From assembly GCF_030144855.1 (NCBI RefSeq), contig NC_082706.1:22320001-22384000 (forward strand): DNA of 64,000 nt. Reading direction: 5' to 3'. Under the pieces are notes generated by a model that worked only from the letters and a program-made list of their open reading frames with translations, did not search any database and had not been told where the DNA came from. The DNA is from Hypanus sabinus. Its lineage: Eukaryota. How positions within the stretch are numbered: position 1 is the first letter of the stretch; each line of letters begins with the position of its first letter. The position numbers and the translations under genes are program-made. This document shows positions 25,825 to 38,778 of the stretch, piece by piece.

Positions 25825-28140
25825 ATAGGAGCAGACCCATCAAGTCTGCTCTGCCATTCAATCTTGCCCCCTCTTCAGCCTTCTCCCCGTAACCTTGTCA
25901 TTGGCCAATTAAGAACCTGTCACCACTTTAAATGCACCTAATGACCTGGCCTCCACAGCTGCCTGTGGTCACAAATTCACCACCCTCTGGCAAAAGAAAT
26001 TCCATTGCATCTCTGTTTTAAATGGACATCCCTCTATCCTGAGGCTGTGCCTTCTTGTCCTAGACTCTCCCACCATGGGAAACATACTTTCCGCATCTAC
26101 TCTGATTAGGCATTTCAACATTCGAAAGGTTTCAATGAGATTTTCCCCCTCATCCTTCTAAATTCCAGCGAGTACAGGCCCAGAGCCATCAGACATTCCT
26201 TATATGATAACACTTTCAATCTCGGGGATCCTCCTCTGACCCCCTCTCCAATGCCAGAATACCTTTCTTAGGTAAAGAGCCCAGAACTTCACAATACTCA
26301 AGATGAGGCTTCGCTGGTGTCTTATAAAGCCTCAGCATCACATCCCTACTTGTATATTCTAGACCTCTTGGAATGAATGCTAACATTGTATTTGCCAAAC
26401 TCACCACCAATTCAACCTGCAAGTTAACTTTTAGGGTGTTCTGCGTAAACAGTCCCAAGTCCCTTTGCATCTCAGGTGTTTGGATTTTCTCTGTTTAGCA
26501 AGTAGTCTACATTTATTTCTTCTACCAAAGTGTATGACCATGCATTTTGCAAATTGTATTTAATTTGCCCCTTTCTTGCCCAGTCTCCTAAACTGTCTAA
26601 GTCTTTCTGTAGCCTTCCTGTTCCCTCAACACTACACACCTTTCCTTCAATCTTTGCATCATCTGTAAGTTTGGTAACAAAGCCATTATTTTCATCATCT
26701 AAACTATTGATAGACAGCAGAAAAAGAAGCACTCCCAACACTGACCCTGCAGAATGCCACTAGTCACTGGCTGCCAATCAGGAAAGAATCCTTTTATTCT
26801 TGCTTGCTGCCTCCTACCAATCAGCCGATACTCTAACCCTGCCAATGACTTTGCTGTAATACCATGGGCTCTTGGTAAGCAGTCTTGTGTGTGGCACCTT
26901 GTCAAAGGCCTTCTGAAAATCCAAATACACAGCATCCGCTGCGTCTCGTTTGTCTATCCTACTTGTGATCTCAAAGAATCCCAATGGGTTCATCATGTAA
27001 AATTTTCCCTTAAGGAAACCATGCTGACTTGGTCCTATCTTGTCTTGTGTCACCAAGTACTCCATAACCTCATCCCTAACATTTGACTCCAACCACTGAG
27101 GTCAGGTTAACTGGTCTACGATTTCCTTTCTGCTGCCTCCCTTCTTTCTTAAAGAGTGGAGTGACATTTGCAATTTTCCTTTCCTCCAGAACCATGCCAG
27201 AGTTCAGTGATTCTTGAAAGATCATTTCTAATGCCTCCACAATCTCTATCACAACCACCTTTCAGAAGCCTATGGTGCAGTTCATCTGGTCCAGGTGACT
27301 TGCACCTTTGGGTCTTTCAGCTTTTTGAGCACCTTCTCCCTTGTAATTGCAACTGCACTCACTTCTCTTCCCTCACTCCCTTCAACACCTGGTATGCTGC
27401 TAGTGTCTTCCACAGTGAAGACTAATGCAAAATACTCATATAATTCATCTGCCATCTCCTCGTCCCCCATCACTATTTCTCTGGCCTCATTTTCTGGCAG
27501 TCCTACATCCACTCATCCCTCTTATTTTTATATACTTGTAAAAGCTTTTCCTATCCACCTTGATACTGTTTGCTAGCTTGCTTCATCGTTTCCTTCCGAA
27601 TGATTTTTTTTAAGTTGCTTTCTGTAGGTTTTTAAAAGCTTCCTAATCCTCCATCTTCCTGCTATTTTTGCTTTGTTGTATGCCCTTTCTTTTACTTATA
27701 CATCAGCTTTGACTTCCCAGAAACTCCAGTTATTGCTGCCCTGCTGTCATCCCTGCCAGCATCTCTTTCCAATTTACTTTGGCCTACTCCTCTCTCATAC
27801 CACTGTAATTCCTTTTACTCCGCTACATCACACTTTATTTTCACCCTATCGAATTTCAAGCTTAACTCCAATCATATTGTGATCACTGTCTCCTAAGGGC
27901 TCCTTTACCTGAAGCTCCGTACTCACTTCCGGTTCATTACATAACACCCACTCCAGTATAACCAATCCCCTTGTAGGCTCAGTGACAAACTGCTCTAAAA
28001 AGCCATCCCGTGGGCATTCAACAAACTCACTCTCTTGGGATCCATAACCGACCTGATCTTCCTAAATCTACCTGCATGTTAAAACATTTCCCATGATTGT
28101 CGTAACGTTGGCCTTTTGACTCGCCTTTTCTATTCCCCAT
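25825..28140 (-). mobile_element. CR1 (HER1-like) LINE, degraded, in PCNA intron 5
   Basis: RT fragments IANVTPLFKK, SQHGFLKGK, VYLDFQKAFDKVPH, KLTDDAKI and PHLEYC across ORFs 26216-27512; CR1 3' tail near 25825. Confidence 0.88.
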
Positions 28141-29285
28141 TATGCCAAAGAAAATCCTTTCTTCATCTGTTTTCTGTGGTCTTGCAGAGATAGTTTTGTC
28201 TTAGAAAAGTCTTTATTAACCTGCAGCCTTTCCCCGTCCCCCTCCCACTCCTACTGCAAACTGTTAAGTGTACGCTTAACCTTATCTGTGGCCTAATTAA
28301 TGTTTTACATGGTGTTTTGGCTCATTCTAGCCAGTCCCTCAGCCGATAAGGTACCCCCTTGATCAGCACAGTTTCTCTTTCATGACCAAGGGTTAGTAAC
28401 TTACCCATCGTTCCTCTACTCCTTTGAGTGGTTTGATATTGATCGTGTATCCTTTTGTGTATACTGGTTCCAAATGACCTCATTATGATTTTTGGAGCCT
28501 TACTGAGTAACCGTGTGATCTTTTATCTTCGATCTGAAAGCCATTTGAATCTGAGCTCCTGACTCCTTTATTGGCCATGCCAATACAATGGCGTTGGTCA
28601 GGCTTGATCTGGGATTGTGAAAATTACGGGTCTTAACCTGTTTGGAACACTATGGTAATTGGTGGGGTCCTGTTGAGACTTCTGATATCAGCGTTCAGTT
28701 CATTGGATCAGAATACTACAGCCCAGGAATAGACTATTTGTCCCATTTTTGGCTCTGTGGAAAATCTGTCCCATTGGATTCAGGGCTGGGGTGCATCTGT
28801 GGAACTTTGAGAGATTGTAGAGACTCACCCACTTGAGTATGTTCAGGGTATAGGTGGAGAGGTTTTTGGGTGTGTAATTAATGAGTGAAAAGTGGCTGAC
28901 ATTGGCCATGATCTTTATAAGAACAGCTGGATCAAAAGGCAAAATGATCTTCTGTTCATTGGGTTTGACATTCCTAGTGGACAGTTGGGACTGAGCCGTT
29001 GCACATTTGGAGTTTAAATGCTCAACAGTTTCTAAATGTGCAGTTTAAGGGAAGTAACCCTCCGTTGCCTGGGAAATAATTTGGACATGGCTGTATGAGA
29101 CCAGAAGGTATTTAATTCCATTTTGGTTTGTGTACATTTCTTCTATCGGCACACTGAAATATTCGTCCACAGAAAGTGAGTTAGAGTGGAAGTGCATGAG
29201 CTGTCCAACACATAAGGGACAAACATATCCAACTGCAGTCAATACAGACTAGAGGATTAAAAATATTATTGATAGTGGAACCTAA

Positions 29286-29441
<156 letters not shown>

Positions 29442-29670
29442 AATAAGGAATTTAGATGATGAAGATTGACCATCGGAGGGGCAAACTTGTCATGCAGTTA
29501 TTGGAGATAACTGAAGATTCTAGGACCAAGTTCAGTGGCGTTGTCTTGGTGACCAACTTCTCCTTTACAGGTGTCTTTGTTCCTAACCTGACGCTTTTGT
29601 AGATATTTTCTGTAAATATGATATCCAACATTTCACTTTGTTATAAAGGAGCTTCAGTGAAACGGAGAGA

Positions 29671-29676
29671 AATAAA
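29671..29676 (+). terminator. PCNA polyadenylation signal
   Basis: First AATAAA ~230 nt after the stop, followed by a GT-rich tract (TTGTTTCTGTGGTGTT). Confidence 0.7.
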
Positions 29677-30464
29677 TTGTTTCTGTGGTGTTAACTGCTT
29701 GCTTCTTGAGTTGGGATGAGCCAAACAAAGGGGAAAGCTCGAGTTTCTGAGCGCGTTGGATGATTGGGTTTGGTTCCTGGTCTGGCTAACAATGCTGAAA
29801 ATCTGTTTCGTGTCTGAGTAACTGATCTTGCACCCAACTTGGGGAATGGAAAAGTGAGAAAGCCGTTTCCCTGGGGCTGTTCCACACTTGATGTAAGAAC
29901 TCCAGGTCCACTTGGCTGCAGTGGGTGGCTGTTTTGTGTTCATGAGCGTTACAATGCTGCATTCCTTGCCATTGGGTTTCAGTGTAGACCTCACCTGCCC
30001 AATCTGCTGGAGCTGACTTAACGTGCTAGGACAGGCATGTCTCTGTCTCCGGGGGGATACGAGGCCTAGTGTACCAGGGTGTGGCCTCCCGTGTGCGAAG
30101 AGGTACTTGGGGCCGCAGGTGAGAGCTGACAGTCTGGTGGGGTCCAAAGGTGAGTCGGCTGCCCTGGAATGGTCACAACAACCCCCTTTACCAGAGGTGC
30201 TGCCCCTCCCTGGACCCCATTATAGGTAATAAAGTAGAAAACGGACATTCAGCCTGTGCTCAGGTGTAAGAGCTGTCTTAATGCCCTCTCCTGTAGCCCT
30301 GAAGTTTTATTCCTTCCACGTACCTAACAGGTTCATTTTGTCTGCATTTGCCTTCATGGCTTGCCCCAGCCGTATGAGAGGTATAGCTAGAGTGAATGCA
30401 AGCAGGCTTTCTTCGCTGAGGTTGGATTAGACTAGAGGGTGCAAGGTGAAACTGAGGGGGTTGC

Positions 30465-30553
30465 AAGCAACACACACAAAATGCTGGCGGAGCGCAGCAG
30501 GCCAGCCAGCATCCGTAGGGAGAAGTGCTGTTGACGTTTCAGGCCGAGACCCT
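30465..30553 (-). mobile_element. Penelope pLTR fragment (hammerhead truncated)
   Basis: CACACACAAAATGCTGG...GCAGCAGGCCAG...GACGTTTCAGGCCGAGACCCT. Confidence 0.7.
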
Positions 30554-31093
30554 ATTGCAAGTGTGGAATGAGCTGCCATCAGAAGAAAGAATGAGGAAGT
30601 AGAGACCTAGATGGGAGCAGGGTATGGAGGGCTATGGTCCAGTTGTGGGTCAATGGAACTAGGTGGACCAAAGGGCATGTTTAGTTTCTGTAGTTCTATG
30701 CTGCTTTTTAAAGACAGCACATTATTTCCAGCTAACCAAAGTTCAAAGAATGTACAAATTATACAGCCTTGGAGATTCGTCTGCTTACAGGCAGCCCCAA
30801 TTTTTTAAAAAGACCCACTTATGCGGGGGGTGGGGGCACAAATTGTGCAAACAGTAAAAGCTAGCAACGGCATTCAGGACGAAAATGGCTGAGCCTTTAG
30901 GCTCAGCCTCAACTCTTCACTGCAGGGCAAACTGTAGCAAAGCCCACAGAGCTGAAGCCTGAGCAGGACAGAGCATCGGTCTGGGGGGTGCGGAGTAAAT
31001 GTTGCAGTGTAGTGAGCAGTTGTCTTTGTGCCCTCTGGTTCACTTGCCAATGGGAACAATCTCTAACAGGTAACACCCTTCATGATTACACCC

Positions 31094-31227
31094 TCCTGAC
31101 GAAGGGTCTCGGCCTGAAACGTCGACCGTGGTTCTTCCAGTAAATGCTGCCTGGCCTGCTGCGTTCCACCACCATTTTGTGTATGTTGCTTGAATTTCCA
31201 GCATCTGTAGATTTCCTGGTGTTTGTG
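31094..31227 (+). mobile_element. Penelope pLTR monomer with intact hammerhead core (31096-31126)
   Basis: TC-CTGACGA-AGGGTCTCGGCCT-GAAA-CGTC-GAC, then ...GCTGCCTGGCCTGCTGCGTTCCACC...CCAGCATCTG. Confidence 0.75.
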
Positions 31228-31429
31228 CCTTCATGATTTCCGATAACTTCCAGATCCTCTTGCAACCACCTATGTTCCAAGGAGGTGAAGCTAGTTCCTC
31301 TATTCCATCAACAAAACTATAATTCAGAGATACAACAGCTCCCTTTGAGCTGTACTGCCCCAGTAACCCTTTGATCATGTCGATGGCCAGAGGTCCCCCC
31401 CCCAGGACTGAAAAGGCTAACACGAGGAG

Positions 31430-31560
31430 GCATCAGTTTAAGAAGGAAACCCACGTGGTCACGGAGAACGTGCAAGGTCCTTACAGGCAGTGGTGGGAAA
31501 TGAGCCTGGGTTGCTGGTACTGTGAAGTGTTGGCTAACCACTAAATTATGATGCTGCCTC
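31430..31560 (-). mobile_element. HE1-like V-SINE fragment
   Basis: GGAAACCCACGTGGTCACGGAGAACGTGCAA, the reverse complement of the V-domain core. Confidence 0.6.
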
Positions 31561-31899
31561 AGTGGGGGGGGGGGGGGGGGGAGGAACATTTAACATTTCA
31601 AGTCAGAAGACATAATCTGATAGCCATGAACTCTCATAGGATTTGAGTCACGCATCACAGGACCTTCAGCTCATACAGACCATGGCCTTCGGTACTTTAA
31701 TTTACCATGTTTAACTGTTGTGAGACTGCCTCCACCATCTTAAGTGAGAAAGCTTTTCCATGCAAGCCTACTTCAAACCTCCGCTGTCGGAGAAGGGGAT
31801 GTCTTGCTTATCTGCCCAGTTGAATTCTAGTGCATTTCTCGAAATGTAGAAAAGTATCCAAGGAGCTTGTGCTACCTTATCCCCATGTGTACGGGGGAA

Positions 31900-32700
31900 T
31901 GAACTGACGGGCTGAAATTTCATGCTGTTATCTGTGTCGGTAGTGCTGAGGAAGAGAAGGTTGAGGGTATCATGTTTCCAGGGGTAAACATAGCAAGGAA
32001 TTTCAAAGAAGGCTCACTCAGAAGGAAATTCGGCATATCCCCATCGACCATCGTCAACTTTACATACGTACCATACAAAGCATCTTATTTCTGTGGTGCA
32101 TCCGGTTATGGCAGCAGCTTGGCATGGCTACTATTCTGCCAGGGAACAGAAAATATGGCAAAGTTTAATTAGTGCAGAGTGGGCTGCAATCCTGATTAAC
32201 CCTAACGTAATTGTGAGACAATTTACAATGACCAATTAACCTACCCAGCAGGTCTTTGAATTGCGGGTGGAAACTGGATCTCCCACGCATTCCACAGGGA
32301 GGATGTACAGGTGCTCCTTACAGAACGGCACCAGAATTGAACACTGAACTCCAGAATGCCCTGAGCTGTAATCGCACTACTCTACTGTTGTGAATGCAGC
32401 CCAGGTGATCAAAAGTATCAGCCTCCCATCCATTGACTCAGCATTGTCGTACCTCACAGCGTCAGGAGAGCTGCCAGTATTATCAAGGTTCCCTCCCACC
32501 CTGGTCATTCTCTCTACCTCTTTCCCTCCCACCCTGGTCATTCTCTCTACCTCTTTCCATTGGACAGAAGATTAAAAAAAAACTTAACACATATCAACAG
32601 GTTGAATGATGGCTTCTGTCCAGCTGCTAGAAAATTCTTGATTGGACTTGTATGAAAAAGGTGAACTCTTGGTCGTTCAACCTTTCTTTTGTGGTTCATG
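31900..32700 (+). mobile_element. Degraded Rex1/L2-like LINE fragment interrupted by a minus-strand V-SINE (~32200-32385); contains a 33-bp tandem duplication (32489-32554)
   Basis: LRRKFGIS and VNAAQ.I..ISLPSIDS remnants; TTCCCTCCCACCCTGGTCATTCTCTCTACCTCT x2. Confidence 0.5.
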
Positions 32701-33779
32701 TACTTTATTTGTCCACCTGCCTTGCACTTTCCCTGGAGTACAACTCTGCATTCTGTTCCATTTTATGTTTCACTGTTTATCACTTAACACAATTGACTTT
32801 TTCCAACACAAGTTCCACACAGACTTCCATCCTTAATCCCAAATAATAGAATAATGTTTCACTGTTTCTTCAGCAAATTTTTGACTTAGTTTCCGGTCTA
32901 ACGTGGAAAAACTGGGAACTAAATTAGAATGGTAATATTCAGAACCAACAGCAGGACTAACCTTTTGGGGGAAGAATATTTCTCATTACGGAGACAACAT
33001 TCAAGATGATCCCCAATAATCTCAAACTGTTTACCAAAATGGAACATCGGAATTGTCAGTTTTTGTTGTGCAGTCATCCTAATCCTAAAAGACATGCTTA
33101 ATAGTCCATTATGGTGTTTAGGGCAGCAATGGAAGTCCTCCATCTCTGGCGGTGTTCAGGGTTTCCGACATCATGTCAGTAGCATCTTCTTGGTTTTCAC
33201 TACTGTCAGTCATGCAAGACCCGGGTGGAGACTACTATCATATTCAGAAATCTTCATTGCTGTTTCCATAACAATTTTGTTCTACCAGTCAGGGTTATTA
33301 GACCTGAACTGAACCCCTGGACCTGGATGACTGGTGGACCACTCTCAGCCTGGCATCTAACCCCGTGGGTGACACTACCAAAAGCTAAGGCATAAGGCCC
33401 TGGCTCCAGCCAACATAGCTCTCCGAGTAATTGAGGCATGCAAGCCTCCAAACCCTACAACAAGAGTTGTGGTCATCTGGAGAACCCTAAGGACATACTG
33501 CATTGTAAAGCATGAGAGATAGAGCTTTCTTTCAGTTTAGTAACAAATTATTACCTTTATTTCCTGGTCCATAATTAGTTTGAATAATACAGATAATCAT
33601 TTATAATAATTTAGATAATACTAACTTATTTACAAAATTTACATTTATACCTCCTAAATATAGTTGATTCTAGTGACCGTTGCAGTGTTAATTAACATTG
33701 GGTGTTGTTCTGTAGTATGACACCCTATTTTATTGTTCTCATGACAAGTACAGCACAAGATGAGTAGAGAGGAAAATGT

Positions 33780-34600
33780 AAATAGGCTTCGAGGGGATGT
33801 AGACAAAGTAAATGATTGGGTGAGGACATGACAGCTGCAAGTGATGGGAAAATAACGTAAGGTTATTCACTTTGGTGTACAAGATAGAAGAGCAGAGTTT
33901 TTGAATGGCGTCAGGCTGAGACATGTTGACGTTCAAGTGATCTGAGTTTGTGTCATTAAAAGCAGGCATGCAGTAGCAGCAGGTATTTAAAAGGAAGGCA
34001 GATTGTATATTGGGCTTTATTGCAAGGTTTGATTATAGTAACAAAGAAATTGCATTGATTCTGAGATACATCCTAGGATGCACTGGGACACATCATCAGT
34101 GATACTACCTGGGCATCATTTTTGGTCTCTTTGCTAAAGCAAGGTTATTAAGGCACAAGAGACTGAAAATGTTGGAGTCCAGAGCAGAAGAAAACTGCTG
34201 CTGGAGGACCTCAGCAAGTCAGGCAGCATCTGTGAGTAGGGGGAAGAATGGACTGTTGATATTTTGGGTTGAGTCTGTTTATCTGGATGGGGAAAAAAAA
34301 AGGTCATGCTTGCTAGAGAGACAGAGAGAACAATGAAGATTCATTGGACAAGTTCCAGGAATGTTAGGCTTTCTGCCTGAGGAGAGATTAAACGGACTTC
34401 TCTAGTGTTTGAAATAATGCAAGCTGGCCTTAGTGAACAGTGCAAAGCTCTTAGAAAACTTGACAGGCTGTATACAGGAGACTTTCTCTTGTCTAAGGAA
34501 TCTGGAACTGGGGTTCACGTCAGAATAGGTTGGTCATCACAGCATCAAGTCGGGCACATGGCGTCATATATGCAACATTCAAAAAGGAAAACATCAATTA
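33780..34600 (+). mobile_element. Degraded CR1 fragment with a degraded Penelope pLTR inserted (~34150-34290)
   Basis: VIHFG and QAG..VAAG remnants; GCTGGAGGACCTCAGCAAGTCAGGCAGCATCTGTG pLTR motif. Confidence 0.55.
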
Positions 34601-34754
34601 TGCATAATATTTACAGTAAAGAATTTACTGTAAATATTTTAAATAATTAAAACAGCCTTGACCCACTAGATACATCTAATAGTTTTGAACATAGAACAGG
34701 ACCTTTGTCTTACCATATTGGATATCAAAATCCTACAACATTGGATGCCAGGGT

Positions 34755-35030
34755 TGTTTAGTGGTTAGTGTGATGCTATTCCAGCTCAGGGCAGAACAGA
34801 GTTCAATTCTGGCACCGTCAGTAAGGAGTTTGTACATCCTTCCCGTGAGTGCGTGTGCTCCTTCAGGGTGCTTTGGCTTCCTTCCTCATTCCGACAACCT
34901 ACCGGTTAGTGGGTTCAGTGATCATTGTAAATTGACTTGTGATTAGGCTAGTGTTAAATAGGTGTGTTGCTGGGCAGAGCATCTCATTGGACTGGAAGGG
35001 GCTGTTCTGTGCTGTATCTCGAAATAAACA
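34755..35030 (+). mobile_element. HE1-like V-SINE
   Basis: TAGTGGTTAG (A-box), AGTTCAATTC (B-box), GGAGTTTGTACATCCTTCCCGTG core and CR1-like tail. Confidence 0.7.
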
Positions 35031-35239
35031 AAATAATTAAAAATCAGTCATTCTCGGACCTAAAACTCACAATTGCCTTTAGTGCTCTAAGGCTTTTAAA
35101 GTAGTTTGGAATTTTCAGCAAGAAGTTAGCTGGAGACTAGACTTTCCCCCGTTCTGATTTAAAAACAATGTTGAGGTGACCAGTTTTTACTTTAACTGTA
35201 TAATTGGGGAGAGTGTGGGAGGGAAGAGGCTGCATTTTA

Positions 35240-35272
35240 GGCAATATTTTTTCTGGCCACACGATGGCAGCA
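35240..35272 (+). promoter_or_regulatory. Putative CTCF site with upstream motif
   Basis: TGGCCACACGATGGCAGCA (35254-35272) resembles the CTCF core; GGCAAT lies 8 bp upstream; unique, non-repeat context. Confidence 0.4.
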
Positions 35273-35717
35273 GATGCTAACTTTATTATCCAGGTTTGAA
35301 TTCCCAGTTTTTAGACAATAAATGTTGACAAAACAAAAGATAAAGCACTGTCACTGTAACAGAATTTACCTTTTAGTTTATTTCTCCTTAAGAATGTGGA
35401 TCGAAGTCAAAGGGCAGATTATGACCATATGAATAAGTACACTGTGCACAAATACAATGAAAAAATACTTGCAGTAGCGTTGCAGGCACAAAGCATACAG
35501 GCAGCATTAACAAGAAAAACATAAATTATGCACAACTATTACTAGAAACAATTCAAACACACAAAAAGTGATGAACGATCATAATGTTGCTAGATTGCAG
35601 AGATTGGGGTTGTTGTGATTGAAGCACTAAATGGTTGAAGAGAAGTAGTTGTTCTTGAACTTGCAGTGTGTGACTTAAGACTTCTGTACCTCCTGCCCAG
35701 TGGTAGCTATAAGTGAT

Positions 35718-35990
35718 ACAGTAGTGTAGTGGTTAGCACAACACTTTACAGTAGAGGTGACCCAGGTTCAATTCCTGCTGCTGCCTGTAAGGAATTTGTA
35801 CGTTTTCCCTGTGACCATGTGGGCTGCCTCTACGTACTCCAATTACCTCCCAGAGTCCAAAGACGTACCAGTTGGTAGTTTAATTGGTCATTGAAAATTG
35901 TCTCAAGTTTAAATCGGTGGATTGCTGGATGACATGTCTCGAAGGAGCAGGGGAGCCTATTCCATGCTGTATCACAATAAATAAGTAAAT
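35718..35990 (+). mobile_element. HE1-like V-SINE
   Basis: GTAGTGGTTAGC (A-box), GGTTCAATTCC (B-box), V-domain core and TGCTGTATCACAATAAATAA tail. Confidence 0.75.
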
Positions 35991-36225
35991 ATGGTCTGGG
36001 CTCCCAAAGCTTAAATTAGTTTTGGAGTTACAAACCAACAATGGCATTGAGTAGGTTTTAAAACAAACCCGAGATGACTACCTACCCGTTGAAGCACAGC
36101 ATGTTTTTTCTTTGCAAAGAGAGAGAGAGAGAGGTTTCTGAGTTTAAAGGAAAAGATGGAGCATGTAGAAAATTCATGGGAACATAAACATTGGGTGATA
36201 ATAACTTCTAAGAAAAATAGCAGAA

Positions 36226-36640
36226 ATGGCTGGCTACATCAGAAAGATAGATGTGTTTGATTGCACAACAGATAACTTGATCGTGTATACGGAATTAATT
36301 GAGCAGTATTTTGAAACAAAGGAAACAGCCAAAGAAAAACGAGTGCCAGTTTTGCCGAGTGTAAGAGGTGGAAAAGAATACAGTTTGATTACAACTTGTA
36401 ACTGCTCCATCCAAACTAGCTGAAATTACCATTGCTGATATCGTGAACGTAATGCAGGAACATTTAGAACCAAAACCATTGTTGATTGCAGAATGCTTTA
36501 GGTTTCATAAGTGGAATCAAAGGAAAGGGACAACAGTTTTAGCTTGCCTGGCTGAACTGAAGAAATTAAGCTTTGTCAGTTCAGTGACCGGCTTAATGCT
36601 GCACTGAGGGATCGTTTAGCCTGTGGAATCTTACAGACTG
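36226..36640 (+). pseudogene. Degraded Gypsy gag fragment
   Basis: MAGYI.KIDVFD...EQYFE...KRVPVL, then frameshifted HLEPKPLLIAECFRFHKWNQ and LRDRLACGIL, Gypsy gag motifs. Confidence 0.7.
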
Positions 36641-37657
36641 GGGGCAATCATTTTCCTGTGGACCTACTGCTGATCCAGCTCTGGGATGAATTGCATCCCC
36701 CTGTATTTCACGTCTAATAATAACAATAGTAACAACTATCATGGGGTTGGGAGGGTAACAATTAGGGTTAGTAGCATGTGTTAGTAGCAATTGTTGGCAC
36801 CGGAATCGTGGCAACACTCGAAAGCTGTCCAGGCACATCCTCGGACTGTGTTGGTCATTGATGCAAGCGACACATTTCACGGTATGTTTCAATGTATGTG
36901 TGATGAATAATGCTAATCATAATCTTAACTTTGTGCATGATACAGTGCAAGTTTCCACAGCAATGATCTCAACTGGGAGGGTTGAGGATGGTGGGGATAA
37001 TTGTTGCTATCTCTGCCTCAGCTAAATCCCTCAATATTTTATCGGTCCATTCAACCGACAGCAAGAACTCATTCTGTACAAGGACCTTGGGCACCGAGGG
37101 TAAAACTGCACCGTGCTTGATAATATTCCATGTGGCATGATTCAGCCTATCAATCCAAGGATGACTCACTTTCTATGTTGAAATACCACAGTAATCTGGT
37201 TGTCGTGGTATGGCGCCTTAGGTCATTACAGGATGCAATCACATCAAATATCCTTCTTATTAAAATCGTATTGACAAGTTGTCCTGCCTTTTCCAAGGGC
37301 AGTTTGTCTTATCACAATCCTTTACTTTAGCTTTTGTTATCCTCTTTTATACTATTGGCTAGTTTACCATATTTCATCTTTTCTCTTCCTGTTGCTTTTC
37401 AGAACATTTCCCTTTTTACATGTCGCTTCTATTTCCTGCTGTCATTTGTCCCCCGCATCCTGGCCACTGTTTGCAGATGCTGGCCAGAAAGAACTGCAGT
37501 CTGTAAATCAGTCAATTTGAATGAATCGAGTACAGTGGAAGCAGACGGACCAGTTGGCTTTGTTCTTCCTATGAGGGAGGAGATGGAGGCTGCCATTTTA
37601 AGAAGAGATTGTCCTCCATTTTGTGTGATCGTTGCCTGGCTTGATATGTGTTTTAGA

Positions 37658-38518
37658 TGTTACGAATGTGCCACAACTCTGAGGGGCCGAAGGGTACAAG
37701 GTAGCCCCCTCCTTTTTGAGAATCACAAGATCACTATTAAGTCAGTTCAGGAGACCCAGGAAATGAGAGAAAGACATGCAGAATCCACAAAGAGTTTGGA
37801 ACGTGTCCTGGCCTCCGAAAGGCGGAACCATTGATACCGGCTATTGTCTCTTGGAGACGGAATTGTGTATTGAATCCTGTACGATGCATCAAAGCCCCCA
37901 GGCAATGAACCGAGGGGGTGGGGGGTTGGTGGAGGGATTGCATCAGCCCAACCTGATTGACATCTGAGACCCTGTGAGTCAGGATAAAAGAGGGTCTGGG
38001 GAACAGCCCCTCAGACGCACCAGAAGAAACGCTAGAACTCCTGTAACAGCGTAATAGCGAAAGCCGGTGGAAACAGCCCACGTGCGTCCTTTTCCATTTG
38101 CCTCGGAATTGTTGGGTCTTGCCACGGAAGCACGGCTTTGGCTAACCACAAAGGGGAAACCAGTCCCCCAACGGCTCTCGAAGGATTGATATCATAAAAG
38201 GAATGGGCAAGTTAAACCTCCATCTTTCTCTCCAACCAAAAAAAGGATGCAGCCTACAGCTTGAATGAACTAAAATGACTTTTATATTTCCATCGGACAA
38301 TACATGATCCCCTAGACAACGATAGAGCTATTTCTTATTGATTATTATTATACCTGTGCTTTTAGATTTAGTATTGATGACGTATATTATCTGTATGTTT
38401 GCATTGATATTATTTTCATGTATTTTTATCAATAAATACTGTTTAAAATAGTACCGTCAGACTTCAACAGACCTCTCTATCTTTGCTGGTAAGTGACCCA
38501 GTTATGGGGTACGTAACA
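37658..38518 (+). mobile_element. Solo LTR (861 bp)
   Basis: Perfect TGTTACG...CGTAACA termini; 4-bp TSD TAGA (37654-37657 / 38519-38522); GATAAAA TATA-like box ~37983; AATAAA 38431. Confidence 0.85.
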
Positions 38519-38778
38519 TAGAGTTGACACATAATGATGCCTCGGCTAACCTGCTGAACTAGCAGTGGCATATCTAAAGTATGGCAGGTATCTCACGTGC
38601 CGGGGGGCACCACTTGAAGGGGGGGGGGAGGCGCCACTGAACAGTTTCTGTTAAAGTCAGACAAGCCATCCTCGGATAGTAAAAAAAGAATTTTCGTCAG
38701 ATGTGTGATCTGTCTTTGATTATCATGGGTGAGAAGCACCAGGACGGCCTTATTTCAGAGCGTTGTGTAAGAAGACCA

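Noticed and set aside
33100-33490. Probable RTE-derived short repeat (similar repeat-like blocks at ~49380-49720, ~49950-50255, ~51460-51880)
   Set aside because: Repeat-like by eye, but family and boundaries cannot be supported without a library search.
34755-35990. tRNA-like A/B boxes
   Set aside because: These are SINE heads followed by V-domain and LINE tails, not tRNA genes.
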